The notes beneath the pieces are model-generated. The model was given only the letters and a program-made list of their open reading frames with translations, was not told the origin of the DNA and searched no databases. From the NCBI GenBank assembly GCA_038213805.1, contig JBBQSO010000044.1:1-42792 (forward strand): a DNA stretch of 42,792 nucleotides, in the 5' to 3' direction. A program made the translations under genes and the position numbers. This stretch comes from Planctomycetota bacterium. Its GTDB lineage: Bacteria > Planctomycetota > UBA11346. Of this stretch, positions 19,601 through 28,024 are shown piece by piece (the first letter of the stretch is position 1; the number at the start of each line of letters is the position of its first letter).

Positions 19601-19995
19601 CCCACCGACCACGGATCGAGGCGGCCGGGCGCCACGCCCCAGCCGGCGAAGCCGTCGCAGAGGCGCAGGCGCTCGAGCTGATGGCGCTTGAACTGCTCCA
19701 GGGCGCCCGCGAAATCGCCGGCGTCAAACGCCGCGCGCACTTTGCCGAGCACCTCCCAGCGCCCCGGACGGCGGAATTCGCGTGGATCACAGTCGCTGAG
19801 CCAGGACAGGCCGAACAGCTCGCGGGCGGCCACCTCGTCGCCCGCCTGGACGGCGGCTGCTCCGGCCGCGGGCGCCATGTGGCCCTCAACGGCGGGGCAT
19901 GCGGGTCCGACCATCAGAATGAGGAGCACGGCGCTGAGCCACCCGCGGTGCAGATGGCGTACGTTGCTGGCGGCTGGGCGGGCTGGAGAAGACAT
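16696..19995 (-). CDS. Secreted heparinase II/III-like protein with chitobiase/Fn3-associated and PA14-like C-terminal domains
   Basis: Signal-peptide-like N-terminus; AYALSGERAYLETWAGYADDW, NWTDVS, QMPDGVD, YGFHFL, FPVSGFFYQRLGW, LRVDGQEQ, HQRLVLAVRAAGLWIVIDRV; DIHYTIDGGEPS (CHB_HEX_C_1-like); GLRYERF...YRGFLKAPADGLYVF. Confidence 0.75.
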   Translation of the reverse strand: MSSPARPAASNVRHLHRGWLSAVLLILMVGPACPAVEGHMAPAAGAAAVQAGDEVAARELFGLSWLSDCDPREFRRPGRWEVLGKVRAAFDAGDFAGALEQFKRHQLERLRLCDGFAGWGVAPGRLDPWSVGEPGWAWVHPMISTENEAELRHRADDLRLGFITEGNQRIAIGKPGAVDWATASAAAKRDGRGQWPFRVEAFNPLLAAYALSGERAYLETWAGYADDWALHQHDGLAASPIDMPDGWNNGAESAFDVFRLLRAVAMVPGGIDAVPAATFARVTARLVRDYLPLSYMYYRCSGTNWTDVSVAPLVDAAFLFDEFRCAPLLLREALRRLELLVPTRQMPDGVDLDVTAGYGFHFLTGAQGTMARLAARRSAIPEWMLPEWERTWRAAFPYERWCGGLRERMHDRARFLLGLQTPLGEMPIGGSRTGHNNWSRHAAETISALMPEATTDPDLVALMGLAAGPITRPPSFQSDCFPVSGFFYQRLGWRPGDPYLAMHCSPHPTGGDLSDRDNNAIGLSAGGSDLLDTGEDGAYDQPRSPLRVDGQEQHFRDGFTGWDHRAIIGHDGGLVAWNDPAPWRWHASPRYDLSEGVYAGPYAGGISGVTHQRLVLAVRAAGLWIVIDRVRAAAPHAYTLDWWLPIATGRDQVFALDQVAVDAQLGSIITSRPSGPNVSLRHFAGQPLVWDRAERHGDPKNGYHTHDMLRLGATWRADAPSVVVTAILARPEHGADLGEVRAVNGVGAVGFTARTAGGLIISFQAASGAPVALVAGAAGATGEALLLVEGPGAERSGIALGASAFSLGGKRQELGGADAEFALVGAKLTTVPIRTPVENVRIGPADRDGFVGTQAVTLTCATSDVDIHYTIDGGEPSLLAPIYHEPLQLRGDATVEARAIRRGTTRLPTDQGCRVASLVARADFHALVPLPAKDAKTVPGLRYERFLGRWQDLLLVPTLGQPAASGRAARLFAPESLAPGTVSAVRYRGFLKAPADGLYVFSAPPEYCRQNILAGYELRVVVDGQTWYPATTRHALGTWSVALTAGLHHLEVFYGDFRGDVGERRKGQGVWMGAAPLLEMSGPGILRGEIAAELLSAEP

Positions 19996-20098
19996 CGGCT
20001 GGCCTTTCGCTGCGCCGGGCGGGCGCAGGGCTGTGTTCCTGATACCGGGGACCGCAGCGCGCGTCGTTGGAAATGGCCTGGAAATGATCAGCGGCGCC

Positions 20099-21160
20099 TC
20101 AGCCGGCGATGGTCGGCCGTACCGTCAGGCGCAGCGACGGCTCCTGCGGGTGCAGGATGCGCGCGATCAGCGTACGGGCAGCCACGGTGCCGAGGTGCGC
20201 GGCGTGGATGTCGATGACGAGAGGCGCGGGGCGCAAACCATCCAGGTAACGCCCCTCGTTGTTGCAGGTGATGATCGTGACCTCGCGCTGCGGCAGCACG
20301 CCGAGCTCCTTGCAGGCGCGGTAGACCGCCGGCACCACCATGTCGGCCTGGACGAACAGCGCCGTCGGGCGCGGGCTGAGTCCGAGCATGCGCACCAGCA
20401 ACGTGCGCACCACGCCGGCATCGGGGCGGTGCTCCTGGCGGCCCAGGCGGATCAGGCCGGGATGCAGCAGCAGATGCGCGGTCGCGCCGCCGCGCTGGAG
20501 GTGGCTGGCGAAGGCGTCGCCACGGTACCCGATCGCGGAATCGGGAGAGCCCAGGGCGCTGCCCAGGTAGGCGCAGGCGCGGTGGCCGAGGCTGAGCAGA
20601 TGGCGGGCCGCAAGTTCGCCGATGGCGGCATGATCGACCTGCACGTGGTCGCCGGCGAAGCCTGGCGGCGGCATGCCCACCACCCACACCGTTGGCACCG
20701 CCGACCGGCCGGTGGGCGGCTCCTGGCCGGCCTCCCAGGCGCCGAAGAAGATCCGCCCGGCATGCGTGCCCCGCACCGCGTGCGGCCGCCAGGAATCGCC
20801 CTGGGCGACGTGCAGCGCATAACCGGCCGTCTCCAGCTCCGCCGCGATGCCGTCCAGCGCCGCCGCATATACCGGCGCGTGCTCGGCCATCCAGCCGACG
20901 CCGAGGCGGAACAGCACCACCAGCTCGACGAGCGGGCGCGGCGCCGCGCTCGTGGCCACCGCCGCGTACGCCCGACGCCGCCGCGGACCAGGACGCTGTT
21001 CCGGCGCCGCCGGCTGCCAGCCAAGCCGCGCGATCACCGCCTGCACGTGCTGCGCCATCGCGCGGCTCACGCCGGGCGCGCGGTTGATCACCCTGCTGAC
21101 GGTGCCCACGCCGACGCCGGCGGCGCGGGCGACATCGCTGATGGTGGTCCTGCCGTCCAC
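20099..21160 (-). CDS. LacI family transcriptional regulator
   Basis: TTISDVARAAGVGVGTVSRVIN HTH; VDHAAIGELAARHLLSLGHR; PTALFVQAD. Confidence 0.92.
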   Translation of the reverse strand: MDGRTTISDVARAAGVGVGTVSRVINRAPGVSRAMAQHVQAVIARLGWQPAAPEQRPGPRRRRAYAAVATSAAPRPLVELVVLFRLGVGWMAEHAPVYAAALDGIAAELETAGYALHVAQGDSWRPHAVRGTHAGRIFFGAWEAGQEPPTGRSAVPTVWVVGMPPPGFAGDHVQVDHAAIGELAARHLLSLGHRACAYLGSALGSPDSAIGYRGDAFASHLQRGGATAHLLLHPGLIRLGRQEHRPDAGVVRTLLVRMLGLSPRPTALFVQADMVVPAVYRACKELGVLPQREVTIITCNNEGRYLDGLRPAPLVIDIHAAHLGTVAARTLIARILHPQEPSLRLTVRPTIAG

Positions 21161-21176
21161 GCAGACCGTTCCGCCC

Positions 21177-22013
21177 TCAGGGAGCGGTCACCGCTTTCGC
21201 GCTGCCGAATGACGCCGCGAAGAACGCCATGTGCCGGACCACCGCCAGTTTCCAGTAGTCCCACGAATGACCGCCCGGGAATTCCTGGTACTGGTGCGGA
21301 TTCTTGAGCGCGTCGAGCTTGGCGTGCGTGAAGCGGTTCACGGCCAGGAAGAAGTCCTCGGTTCCGCAGTCGAAAAGGATGGCTTGGCCGGGCTTCACCT
21401 TGGCGAGCTGGGTTATCACGGTGTGGTCATCCCAGTCCTGTTGATGGTCCTTGATGTCGCCGAGCCAGTTCTTGATACCCCAGTTGTCTGCGAACGGGCG
21501 GATGTCCAGGCCGCCGCTCATCGATGCGACGGCGCCGAAGACCTCGGGGTGGCGCAGGCCGGCGAACATCGCGCCGTGACCGCCCATGCTCAGCCCGGTG
21601 ATGCCGCGTCCGGCCGCAGTGGCGCGCGTGCGGTAGTGGGCATCGACCCACGTCGGCACGTCCTGCCAGATGAAGGCCTCGTAGCGGTGCTCAGGATGGA
21701 TGGGACTGTCGATGTACCAGCTGTCGACCGTGCCGTCCGGGCACACCGCGATGATGCCATCCTGGTCGACCAGGTCGGGCAGGCTGGTCTGCTTGGCCCA
21801 GCGCTCGTCGCTGCCGGCGTAGCCGTCGAGCCAGTAGACCACCGGAAAGCGCGCCGTCTGGTCGGCCGCGTAGGCGCGCGGCAGGATCACGGTGAGCTTC
21901 TTGTCGATGCCCAGCGCGGAACTTTTGAAGGTGACCTGGGCGACCTCGGCGCCGGGCGCAAGCGCAGTCGCGCAGGCGAGCAGGAGGACGGCGGGCCAAT
22001 GCGGGCTGTTCAT
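21177..22013 (-). CDS. Secreted alpha/beta-hydrolase esterase (putative esterase / CE1-like family)
   Basis: Signal peptide; FPVVYWLDG, GITGLSMGGHGA nucleophile elbow, FDCGTEDFF, PGGHSWDYW. Start placed at ATG 22013. Confidence 0.88.
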   Translation of the reverse strand: MNSPHWPAVLLLACATALAPGAEVAQVTFKSSALGIDKKLTVILPRAYAADQTARFPVVYWLDGYAGSDERWAKQTSLPDLVDQDGIIAVCPDGTVDSWYIDSPIHPEHRYEAFIWQDVPTWVDAHYRTRATAAGRGITGLSMGGHGAMFAGLRHPEVFGAVASMSGGLDIRPFADNWGIKNWLGDIKDHQQDWDDHTVITQLAKVKPGQAILFDCGTEDFFLAVNRFTHAKLDALKNPHQYQEFPGGHSWDYWKLAVVRHMAFFAASFGSAKAVTAP

Positions 22014-22162
22014 GGATGCCTCAGCGGGATGGGTAGGACGCGGTCGCATGCCGGTTGCCGCGGGAATGCACCGAGCATCAGCAGGGGCAGCCAAGCGTCA
22101 AAAGATAACCGACGGCATGCAGCCGGCCCGAGTCGATCAGGCACGGTCTGCGCAAGCGGATC

Positions 22163-23140
22163 CTACCGTGCCGGGACGAGCCCTGCCAACGGCACCACCA
22201 CCATCGCCGTCAACCCGCGGTGGTCGCTACCCGGAATGGAAAAGGCATGCTCCCCCTCGACCCCGGCGTCGCGCACCAGGATGTGGTCGATGCCGATGCC
22301 ACAGCGACCCAGGATGGTCGGCCAGGTGGCGGGCTCGGTGCCGGCGGCACGGCGCAAGCTGGTGAGCTGCAGGAAACCGCTCCAGGCGGGCGCCGCGACC
22401 GTGCAATTGAAGTCGCCCAGCACCACCACCGGACCATGGCGCATGGCGAGCAGGCGAGCAATCTCGCCGAACTGCCGGTTGCGTCGACGCGCCGCGGCGG
22501 GCGTGGTCGGCGACGAGGGATGCGCAACCAGCACTGCTACGCGCCGGCCCCCGTCCAGTACCAGGGTGGTCTCGATCAGGCCAACCCCGTCGAGGTCGTG
22601 CAGGCGCGTGTCGATGAGCGGGTAACGGCTGAGCAGGCCGACGTGCAGGATCGAGGGTGGCCCGCTGAGCACCTGGAAAGGCCAGCGCCGCTCGGCGAGC
22701 AGGCGCGCGCGATCGAGGTGCGGCTGGACCTCGGCCAGACCGATCAGGTCGCCGCCCTGGGCGAACACCGCATCGAAGGCGTCCGGACGGTCGACATTGA
22801 AGTCGTAGAGGTTCGCGGTGGCGACCGCGAGGCGCACGGCCGCGTCGCCCGGCACCGGCGCCGCGCGCTGCCCGTAGCCGGCGCGCACCCACGGCGCCGC
22901 GCCGACCAACATGGCAAGCAGCAGGCCGCCCGCCCAGCGCCGCTGGCGCGCGAGCACGGCCACCGCCGGCACCAGGCATAGGCTGGCATGCAACGTCCAA
23001 TGCACCATCAGCTCGCCCGGCCACCACAGCACGGCGGTGCTGCCGATCACGATCACCACCACGGGCCCGAGGGCGAGCCAGGCGACGGTCAGACGCCAGC
23101 CGTGCAGGCGCTGCTCCTCCCCTTCGGGGTGACCGGACAT
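22163..23140 (-). CDS. Membrane-anchored endonuclease/exonuclease/phosphatase family protein
   Basis: Three N-terminal TM segments; ATANL, DLIGLAEV, LLSRYP, VVLGDFN, GIDHILV, GSDHRG. Its ATG overlaps the pepA stop (TGATG). Confidence 0.88.
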   Translation of the reverse strand: MSGHPEGEEQRLHGWRLTVAWLALGPVVVIVIGSTAVLWWPGELMVHWTLHASLCLVPAVAVLARQRRWAGGLLLAMLVGAAPWVRAGYGQRAAPVPGDAAVRLAVATANLYDFNVDRPDAFDAVFAQGGDLIGLAEVQPHLDRARLLAERRWPFQVLSGPPSILHVGLLSRYPLIDTRLHDLDGVGLIETTLVLDGGRRVAVLVAHPSSPTTPAAARRRNRQFGEIARLLAMRHGPVVVLGDFNCTVAAPAWSGFLQLTSLRRAAGTEPATWPTILGRCGIGIDHILVRDAGVEGEHAFSIPGSDHRGLTAMVVVPLAGLVPAR

Positions 23141-24552
23141 CAACCGAGCTTGCGCGCGATCGCCACCAGGCTGCGCGTGGCGAAGCCAGTCATGCCCTTG
23201 GCGTAATAGCGCCAACCACCGGTGTGGATGGCCGGACCCGCGATGTCGAGGTGCGCCCACTTGACGGTCTCGGGCACGAACTCGCTAAGGAACAGCCCCG
23301 CGGTCAAGGCACCGCCCCAGCGCCCGCCGGTGTTGTTGATGTCGGCGTGCGGGTGGTCGATCTGCCCACGGTACTCGCCGTAGAGCGGCAGCGGCCAGAG
23401 CTCCTCACCGACCTCCTGGCCGGCGGCGCGCACCAGCTGCGCGAAGGCCTCATGACGGCTCATCAGCCCGGCGATCTTGTCGCCGAGTGCGACCACGCAG
23501 GCACCGGTCAGGGTGGCGACGTCGACCAGGTGGGTAGCGCCCTGCTCGCAGGCGTAGGTCAGCACGTCGGACAGCACCAGGCGGCCTTCAGCGTCGGTGT
23601 TGTCGACGTGGATGAACTTGCCGTTGCGCGCTTGGTAGATGTCGCCGGGGCGCACCGCATTGCGATCGGGCATGTTCTCGGCCAGACACAGGTAGGCCGA
23701 CACCGGGATGCCCGGCTTCTGACGCGCGATCACCGAGATCGCAGCGAGCACCGCGGCGGCGCCGGACATGTCGCCCTTCATCTCCCACATCTTGTCGCCG
23801 GGCTTGATGCTGATGCCGCCGCTGTCGAAGGTGATGCCCTTGCCGACCAGCGCGAGACGGGTGGCGCCCTTCTTGGCGCGCTTCGGCTCGTAGTGCAGTT
23901 CGACCAGCACGGGCTCGGCTGAGCCGGCCTTGCCGACTTGGACCAGGCCGGGGAAGCCGGCCTTGGTCAGCGCACGTACGCCGCTGGTGATCTTGAGGCG
24001 CAGGCCCAGGCCCATGGCGACCTTCTTGGCGCGCGCCGCGAAGGTGGTGGGATTGAGCAGGTTCGGGGGCAGATCGGCGAGCTCGCGCGCCAGGTTCTGC
24101 GCGCCAGCCATGGTGCGGCCGGCCTCGACCGCGGCGGCGTGGCCCGGCAGGCGCACGGTGATCTGGGCGCGCTTGCCCTCCTTGCCGCTGCGCATGGTGT
24201 TGAAACGGTAGTCGGCCAGCAGCAGGCCCTCGGCCAGCGCCTGTGGTTCAGCAGCCTTGCCCTCGACCAGGACGGTGGCGACCGCGACCTTGGCCGCGCG
24301 CACGCCGTCGATGATGTCGCGGCCGAGCAGTCGCCAGGCCTCGCCGCCGATCAGCCACGGCTTTTCGGCGAGCTTGACCAGCAGGTACCGGCCCTCGGAC
24401 GCGACCAGGTTCAGCGGCGAGGAGACCTCGCCCTTGGCCAGGCGCGCGGCCTGCACCTCGACCAGCCGCGGCAGCCGGGCGGCGCAGTGCCCGACCACGA
24501 CGACGGTGAGCTCGGATTTGCCAGCGACGGAGGTGAGGGTGAGGTCGTGCAT
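23140..24552 (-). CDS. pepA: Leucyl aminopeptidase (M17)
   Basis: LVGKGITFDSGGISIK, MKGDMSGAAAV, NTDAEGRLVLSD, ATLTGAC, WAHLDIAG. Start placed at ATG 24552 (MHDLT). Confidence 0.95.
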   Translation of the reverse strand: MHDLTLTSVAGKSELTVVVVGHCAARLPRLVEVQAARLAKGEVSSPLNLVASEGRYLLVKLAEKPWLIGGEAWRLLGRDIIDGVRAAKVAVATVLVEGKAAEPQALAEGLLLADYRFNTMRSGKEGKRAQITVRLPGHAAAVEAGRTMAGAQNLARELADLPPNLLNPTTFAARAKKVAMGLGLRLKITSGVRALTKAGFPGLVQVGKAGSAEPVLVELHYEPKRAKKGATRLALVGKGITFDSGGISIKPGDKMWEMKGDMSGAAAVLAAISVIARQKPGIPVSAYLCLAENMPDRNAVRPGDIYQARNGKFIHVDNTDAEGRLVLSDVLTYACEQGATHLVDVATLTGACVVALGDKIAGLMSRHEAFAQLVRAAGQEVGEELWPLPLYGEYRGQIDHPHADINNTGGRWGGALTAGLFLSEFVPETVKWAHLDIAGPAIHTGGWRYYAKGMTGFATRSLVAIARKLG

Positions 24553-24631
24553 GGCGGAACGGTCCCGGTGGGTGGGCATGCGGCTGGTCGGCCGGAGGCG
24601 GTGCCTGCAGGGTAGTGCGGGATCCCGCAAC

Positions 24632-24663
24632 GCCAAATGCCGGCCTGGGGGCCGGCATTTGGC
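24632..24663. other. Perfect 14-bp GC-rich hairpin between punA and pepA
   Basis: GCCAAATGCCGGCC-TGGG-GGCCGGCATTTGGC. There is no clear U tract, so it may be a terminator or an mRNA stability element. Confidence 0.6.
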
Positions 24664-24817
24664 TGATGGCTGATGGCTGATGGCTGATGGCTGATGGCGA
24701 AGGAAGGTGATGACCGGGACCGGAGCGGAACACTCGTTCACACGGCTCCGAGATCGACGGCGATCCGGAGTCCCGGGCCGCCATCAGCCATCAGCCATCA
24801 GCCATCAGCCATCAGCC
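24661..24817. repeat. Inverted pair of heptamer arrays (GGCTGAT)5 ... (ATCAGCC)5
   Basis: 24661-24698 is the perfect 38-bp reverse complement of 24780-24817, with an 81-bp self-complementary spacer. Confidence 0.95.
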
Positions 24818-24821
24818 CGCC

Positions 24822-25643
24822 TCAAACGATCTTCGGCAGCAACGCCGTGATCAGCCCGGTGAGAATGGGCTCCGCCCCCTTGGCCGCCGCGATGATCTTG
24901 GACACATCCGCAGGCTCGAGGGCATCCGGCAGGCAACGATCCGTGATGATCGCGAAGGCCAGGGTGCGCATGCCGCAGTGCACCGCGGCGACCGCCTCGG
25001 GCACCGTGCTCATCCCCACCACGTCGCCGCCGAGGGTGCGCAGCATGCGGTATTCGGCCCTGGTCTCCAGGTTGGGGCCCATGACCCCGACGTACACCGC
25101 GCGGTGCAGGTGGCGCCCCTGGGCGATGGCGACCTGGTCGGCGAGCGCGATCAGCTTGCGGTCATAAGTCGAGAACATGTCGGGCCAGCGGCCGCCGACG
25201 CGCTCGTCATTCGGCCCAACCAGCGGGTTGATGCCCATCAGATTGATATGATCGTCGAGCACGGCGAGGTCGCCGATCTCGTAGTGCGGATTGAGTCCGC
25301 CGACCGCCGAACCCATGATCAGCACCTGCGCGCCCAGCACCTTGGCCAAGCGCACCGGCACCACCACGTCGGCGGCGCTGTAGCCCTCGTAGCAGTGCAG
25401 GCGCCCGCTGAACGCCACCACCGGCACGCCGGACAGGGTGCCGAGCACGATCTCGCCCTTATGGCTCTCGGCGGTCGACACCGGCATGCCGACGATCTCG
25501 CCGTAGGGGATGCGCGCCTCGGCCTCGATCTTGCCGGCGACGCCACCCAGTCCGGTACCAAGCAGGATGGCGACCTTGGGCGTGAGCTTGGAGTGCTTGC
25601 GCACCTGCTCGGCGAGGGCATTGAGATCATCGAGAAGGGGCAT
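24822..25643 (-). CDS. punA: Purine-nucleoside phosphorylase (trimeric, PNP I type)
   Basis: ILLGTGLGG, SHKGEIVLG, GRLHCYEGY, DDHINLMG, GPNLETRAE, VVGMSTVPE. Confidence 0.93.
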   Translation of the reverse strand: MPLLDDLNALAEQVRKHSKLTPKVAILLGTGLGGVAGKIEAEARIPYGEIVGMPVSTAESHKGEIVLGTLSGVPVVAFSGRLHCYEGYSAADVVVPVRLAKVLGAQVLIMGSAVGGLNPHYEIGDLAVLDDHINLMGINPLVGPNDERVGGRWPDMFSTYDRKLIALADQVAIAQGRHLHRAVYVGVMGPNLETRAEYRMLRTLGGDVVGMSTVPEAVAAVHCGMRTLAFAIITDRCLPDALEPADVSKIIAAAKGAEPILTGLITALLPKIV

Positions 25644-25836
25644 GGCGGCTCCGGCGGCAGCGGTTTGGGCGCGGCGGCGGCCACGCGAAGAGGTCGCACT
25701 ATTGAAGGCACTCCCGCCAGGGCAAGCGCGCGCGGACGGTTAGGAGAGTCCGCGCTTCACGGGAATTTCACCGTATCTGCAGACTGCCGCACCACTGCCG
25801 CGCGGTGCAGAGGATTTTCACCACCGAGACTTCCGC

Positions 25837-26583
25837 TCACCCCGTGAAGACCTCGGTCTCGTCGCCCTGCTTGTCGACCTCCAGCGCGGCGCGGCGCAGC
25901 AGTTCGACGCCGGCCTGGCCGGTGTGGCGGCGCACCCACAGCTCGTAGAGCGCGGCTTGGCGCTCCGCCGTCAAGTCGCCGGGTTGGTCGGACTCCAGCG
26001 CCGTGTGGCGCAGGGCATAGAGCGTGGTCGCCACCGCTACCGACAGGTTCAGGCTCTGTGGGAAGCCAACCATCGGGATGAGGAAGCAGCCGTCGGCCAG
26101 GCGTGTCGCTTCAGCGCTGACGCCACTGCCCTCGTTGCCGAAGACCAGGGCGAGCGGCTGCTGCGCGAGCCGCGGCGCGAGCTGCTGCGGACCGACCACC
26201 GCGCCGGCGGCCAGGTCACTGGCATAGATGGCGAAGCCCTCGGCACGCAGCGCCGCGTAGGCCTCGGGGATGCCGGGGTGCAGCTGCAGGTCGACGTAAT
26301 AGTGGCTGCCCTGGCTGACCTTGCGGTTGACCTTGAAGGAGTTGCGCCCGGTCGTCACGACCACGCGCTGCACGCCGAAGGCATCACAGGTGCGGATGAT
26401 CGCGGTGGCGTTGTGCGGGTCGTAGCAGTCCTCGACCACCACCGCGAGCCGGCCGGTGCGGCGCGCCAGCACCTGACGGTATTTGCGCGCCCGCGCCAGG
26501 GTGATCAGCGCGTCGAGCGCGTGCGGCGGAACCGGGCTGGGCAGGTCGCTGCGGCCGATGAGGGGGGAGTCAGGACCGAGCAC
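25837..26583 (-). CDS. SpoU/TrmH family RNA 2'-O-ribose methyltransferase
   Basis: VVEDCYDPHNATAIIRTCDAFGV, LVFGNEGSGVS, IPMVGFPQSLNLSVA. Confidence 0.9.
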   Translation of the reverse strand: MLGPDSPLIGRSDLPSPVPPHALDALITLARARKYRQVLARRTGRLAVVVEDCYDPHNATAIIRTCDAFGVQRVVVTTGRNSFKVNRKVSQGSHYYVDLQLHPGIPEAYAALRAEGFAIYASDLAAGAVVGPQQLAPRLAQQPLALVFGNEGSGVSAEATRLADGCFLIPMVGFPQSLNLSVAVATTLYALRHTALESDQPGDLTAERQAALYELWVRRHTGQAGVELLRRAALEVDKQGDETEVFTG

Positions 26584-26643
26584 GGGACCTCGCTTGCGCT
26601 CGGGGTCCGGAAGTGCGGTCAGTGTGTCCGGAAGTCAGTTCGG

Positions 26644-26829
26644 GTCCGGAAGTCCGGAGGTCCGGAAGTCCGGAAGTCGGACAACGACTGCCCACGACGG
26701 CGGAGCCGCGCTCAGCGTCCCGCGAAAGAGAAGACATCATCCTGGCGACTTCCGACCGACAACGGCGCCCATTCACCGGCACCGGCCGGCTTCCGACTTC
26801 CGGACTCCCGGACTTCCGGACTTCCGGAC
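26644..26829. repeat. Inverted pair of octamer arrays (GTCCGGAA)4 ... (TTCCGGAC)4
   Basis: 26644-26681 vs 26792-26829 form 38-bp arms with 2 mismatches around a 110-bp spacer. Stray units occur at about 26605 and 26626. Confidence 0.93.
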
Positions 26830-26835
26830 TGGGCG

Positions 26836-27144
26836 TCAGTCGCATACCACGCGTCCTTCCTCGATCCGCACCGGCACGCGCGTCAAGCTCTTGCCCGCGC
26901 ACGGTCCGGCCACGCACAGTCCGGTGGCGGCGGTGAACAGCGCGCCGTGCATGGCGCACAGCAGCTCGCCGGGCGCGACCAGGCAGCGTCCGTCGCCCCA
27001 GTCCAGGCCGACGCCGACGTGCGGGCAGGAGTTGCGGTAGGCGTGCACCGCGCCGTCCTCATTGACCAGGATGAGCTCGCCGCGCTGCGGGTGCTTGACC
27101 ATGATCTGGTCGAAGGCGAGGTCGGTGGTCAGAACGGTGGCCAT
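26836..27144 (-). CDS. Rieske (2Fe-2S) ferredoxin
   Basis: NSCPHVG...LLCAMHGALF...GPC Rieske motifs, 102 aa. Confidence 0.92.
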   Translation of the reverse strand: MATVLTTDLAFDQIMVKHPQRGELILVNEDGAVHAYRNSCPHVGVGLDWGDGRCLVAPGELLCAMHGALFTAATGLCVAGPCAGKSLTRVPVRIEEGRVVCD

Positions 27145-27237
27145 GGCGAGGCGCTACGCTGCGCACCCGCCGCGCACGGGCAAGCGGCGGCCGGCTTACG
27201 CGCTGTCGCCGCACGCTGCGCCCCCTACGCTTTGCGC

Positions 27238-27975
27238 ATGCCAGCAATCTGGGCCCTCTCCGACCTCCACCTCTCCACCTCCGGCTCCAAGCCGATGGAC
27301 ATCTTCGGTGATCACTGGGGCAACCATGCCGGGCGCATGGCCGAGACCTGGGACCGCACCGTCGCCGACCAGGACATCGTCCTCACCCCCGGCGACTTCA
27401 GCTGGGCCGCCAAGCCGGCTGAAGCCGCGGGCGACTTCGCCTGGCTCGGCCAGCGCCCCGGCAGCAAGGTCATGGTCAAAGGCAACCACGACCACTGGTG
27501 GACGGGCACCCAGGCGCGCATGGCGCTGCTGCTGCCGCCGCGCACGCACGCGCTCAAGAAGACCGCGGTGGTGCTCGACGGGGTGGGCTTCTTCGGCGCG
27601 CGCGGCGGCGACTTCGCCCCCCTCACCCGCTACGGCGACAAGCGCACCCCGGACGAGATCGAGGCCTGGCTGGCACGCGAGGAGCACGAGCTGAAACTCT
27701 CGATCACCGCCCTCGACAAGCTCGACCAGGACGCCGGCCGCCCGCGCGGCCTGCGTATCTGCCTGTTCCACTACCCCCCGATCCCGCCCGGCCGCACCAC
27801 CAGCCGCTTCACCCCGCTGATCGAGGCGGCCGGGGCGAGCTACTGCATCTACGGCCACCTGCACGGTAAGGAGCTGGGCGCGGCCAAGGTCGAAGGCACC
27901 TGGAACGGCGTCACCTACCGCTGCACCAGCTGCGACCAGGTCGACTTCACGCCGACGCTGGTGTGCCGGACCTGA
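27238..27975 (+). CDS. Calcineurin-like metallophosphoesterase
   Basis: ALSDLHL, PGDFSWA, KGNHDHWW, LFHYPP, IYGHLHG. Start placed at ATG 27238 within the longer ORF. Confidence 0.92.
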   Translation: MPAIWALSDLHLSTSGSKPMDIFGDHWGNHAGRMAETWDRTVADQDIVLTPGDFSWAAKPAEAAGDFAWLGQRPGSKVMVKGNHDHWWTGTQARMALLLPPRTHALKKTAVVLDGVGFFGARGGDFAPLTRYGDKRTPDEIEAWLAREEHELKLSITALDKLDQDAGRPRGLRICLFHYPPIPPGRTTSRFTPLIEAAGASYCIYGHLHGKELGAAKVEGTWNGVTYRCTSCDQVDFTPTLVCRT

Positions 27976-28024
27976 CGCCGGAACCGTCACCGTCCGGCGC
28001 TTGGGGTGCCAGCGGCGGCCGAGT

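Noticed and set aside
24553..24741. N-terminal extension of PepA (HQPSAISHQPSA) from the ORF track
   Set aside because: It is a translation of the heptamer array and hairpins; the protein-like sequence starts at ATG 24552.
24699..24779. tRNA in the structured spacer
   Set aside because: The size is similar, but there is no convincing cloverleaf, anticodon arm or canonical T-loop/CCA arrangement.
24661..26829. Repeat arrays as CRISPR
   Set aside because: The units are 7-8 bp in direct tandem with no unique 25-45 bp spacers between them, and there are no cas genes.
25924..27237. 683-aa ORF as a fusion to the metallophosphoesterase
   Set aside because: The upstream part is antisense to trmH and the Rieske gene and crosses the octamer repeats; the real start is 27238.
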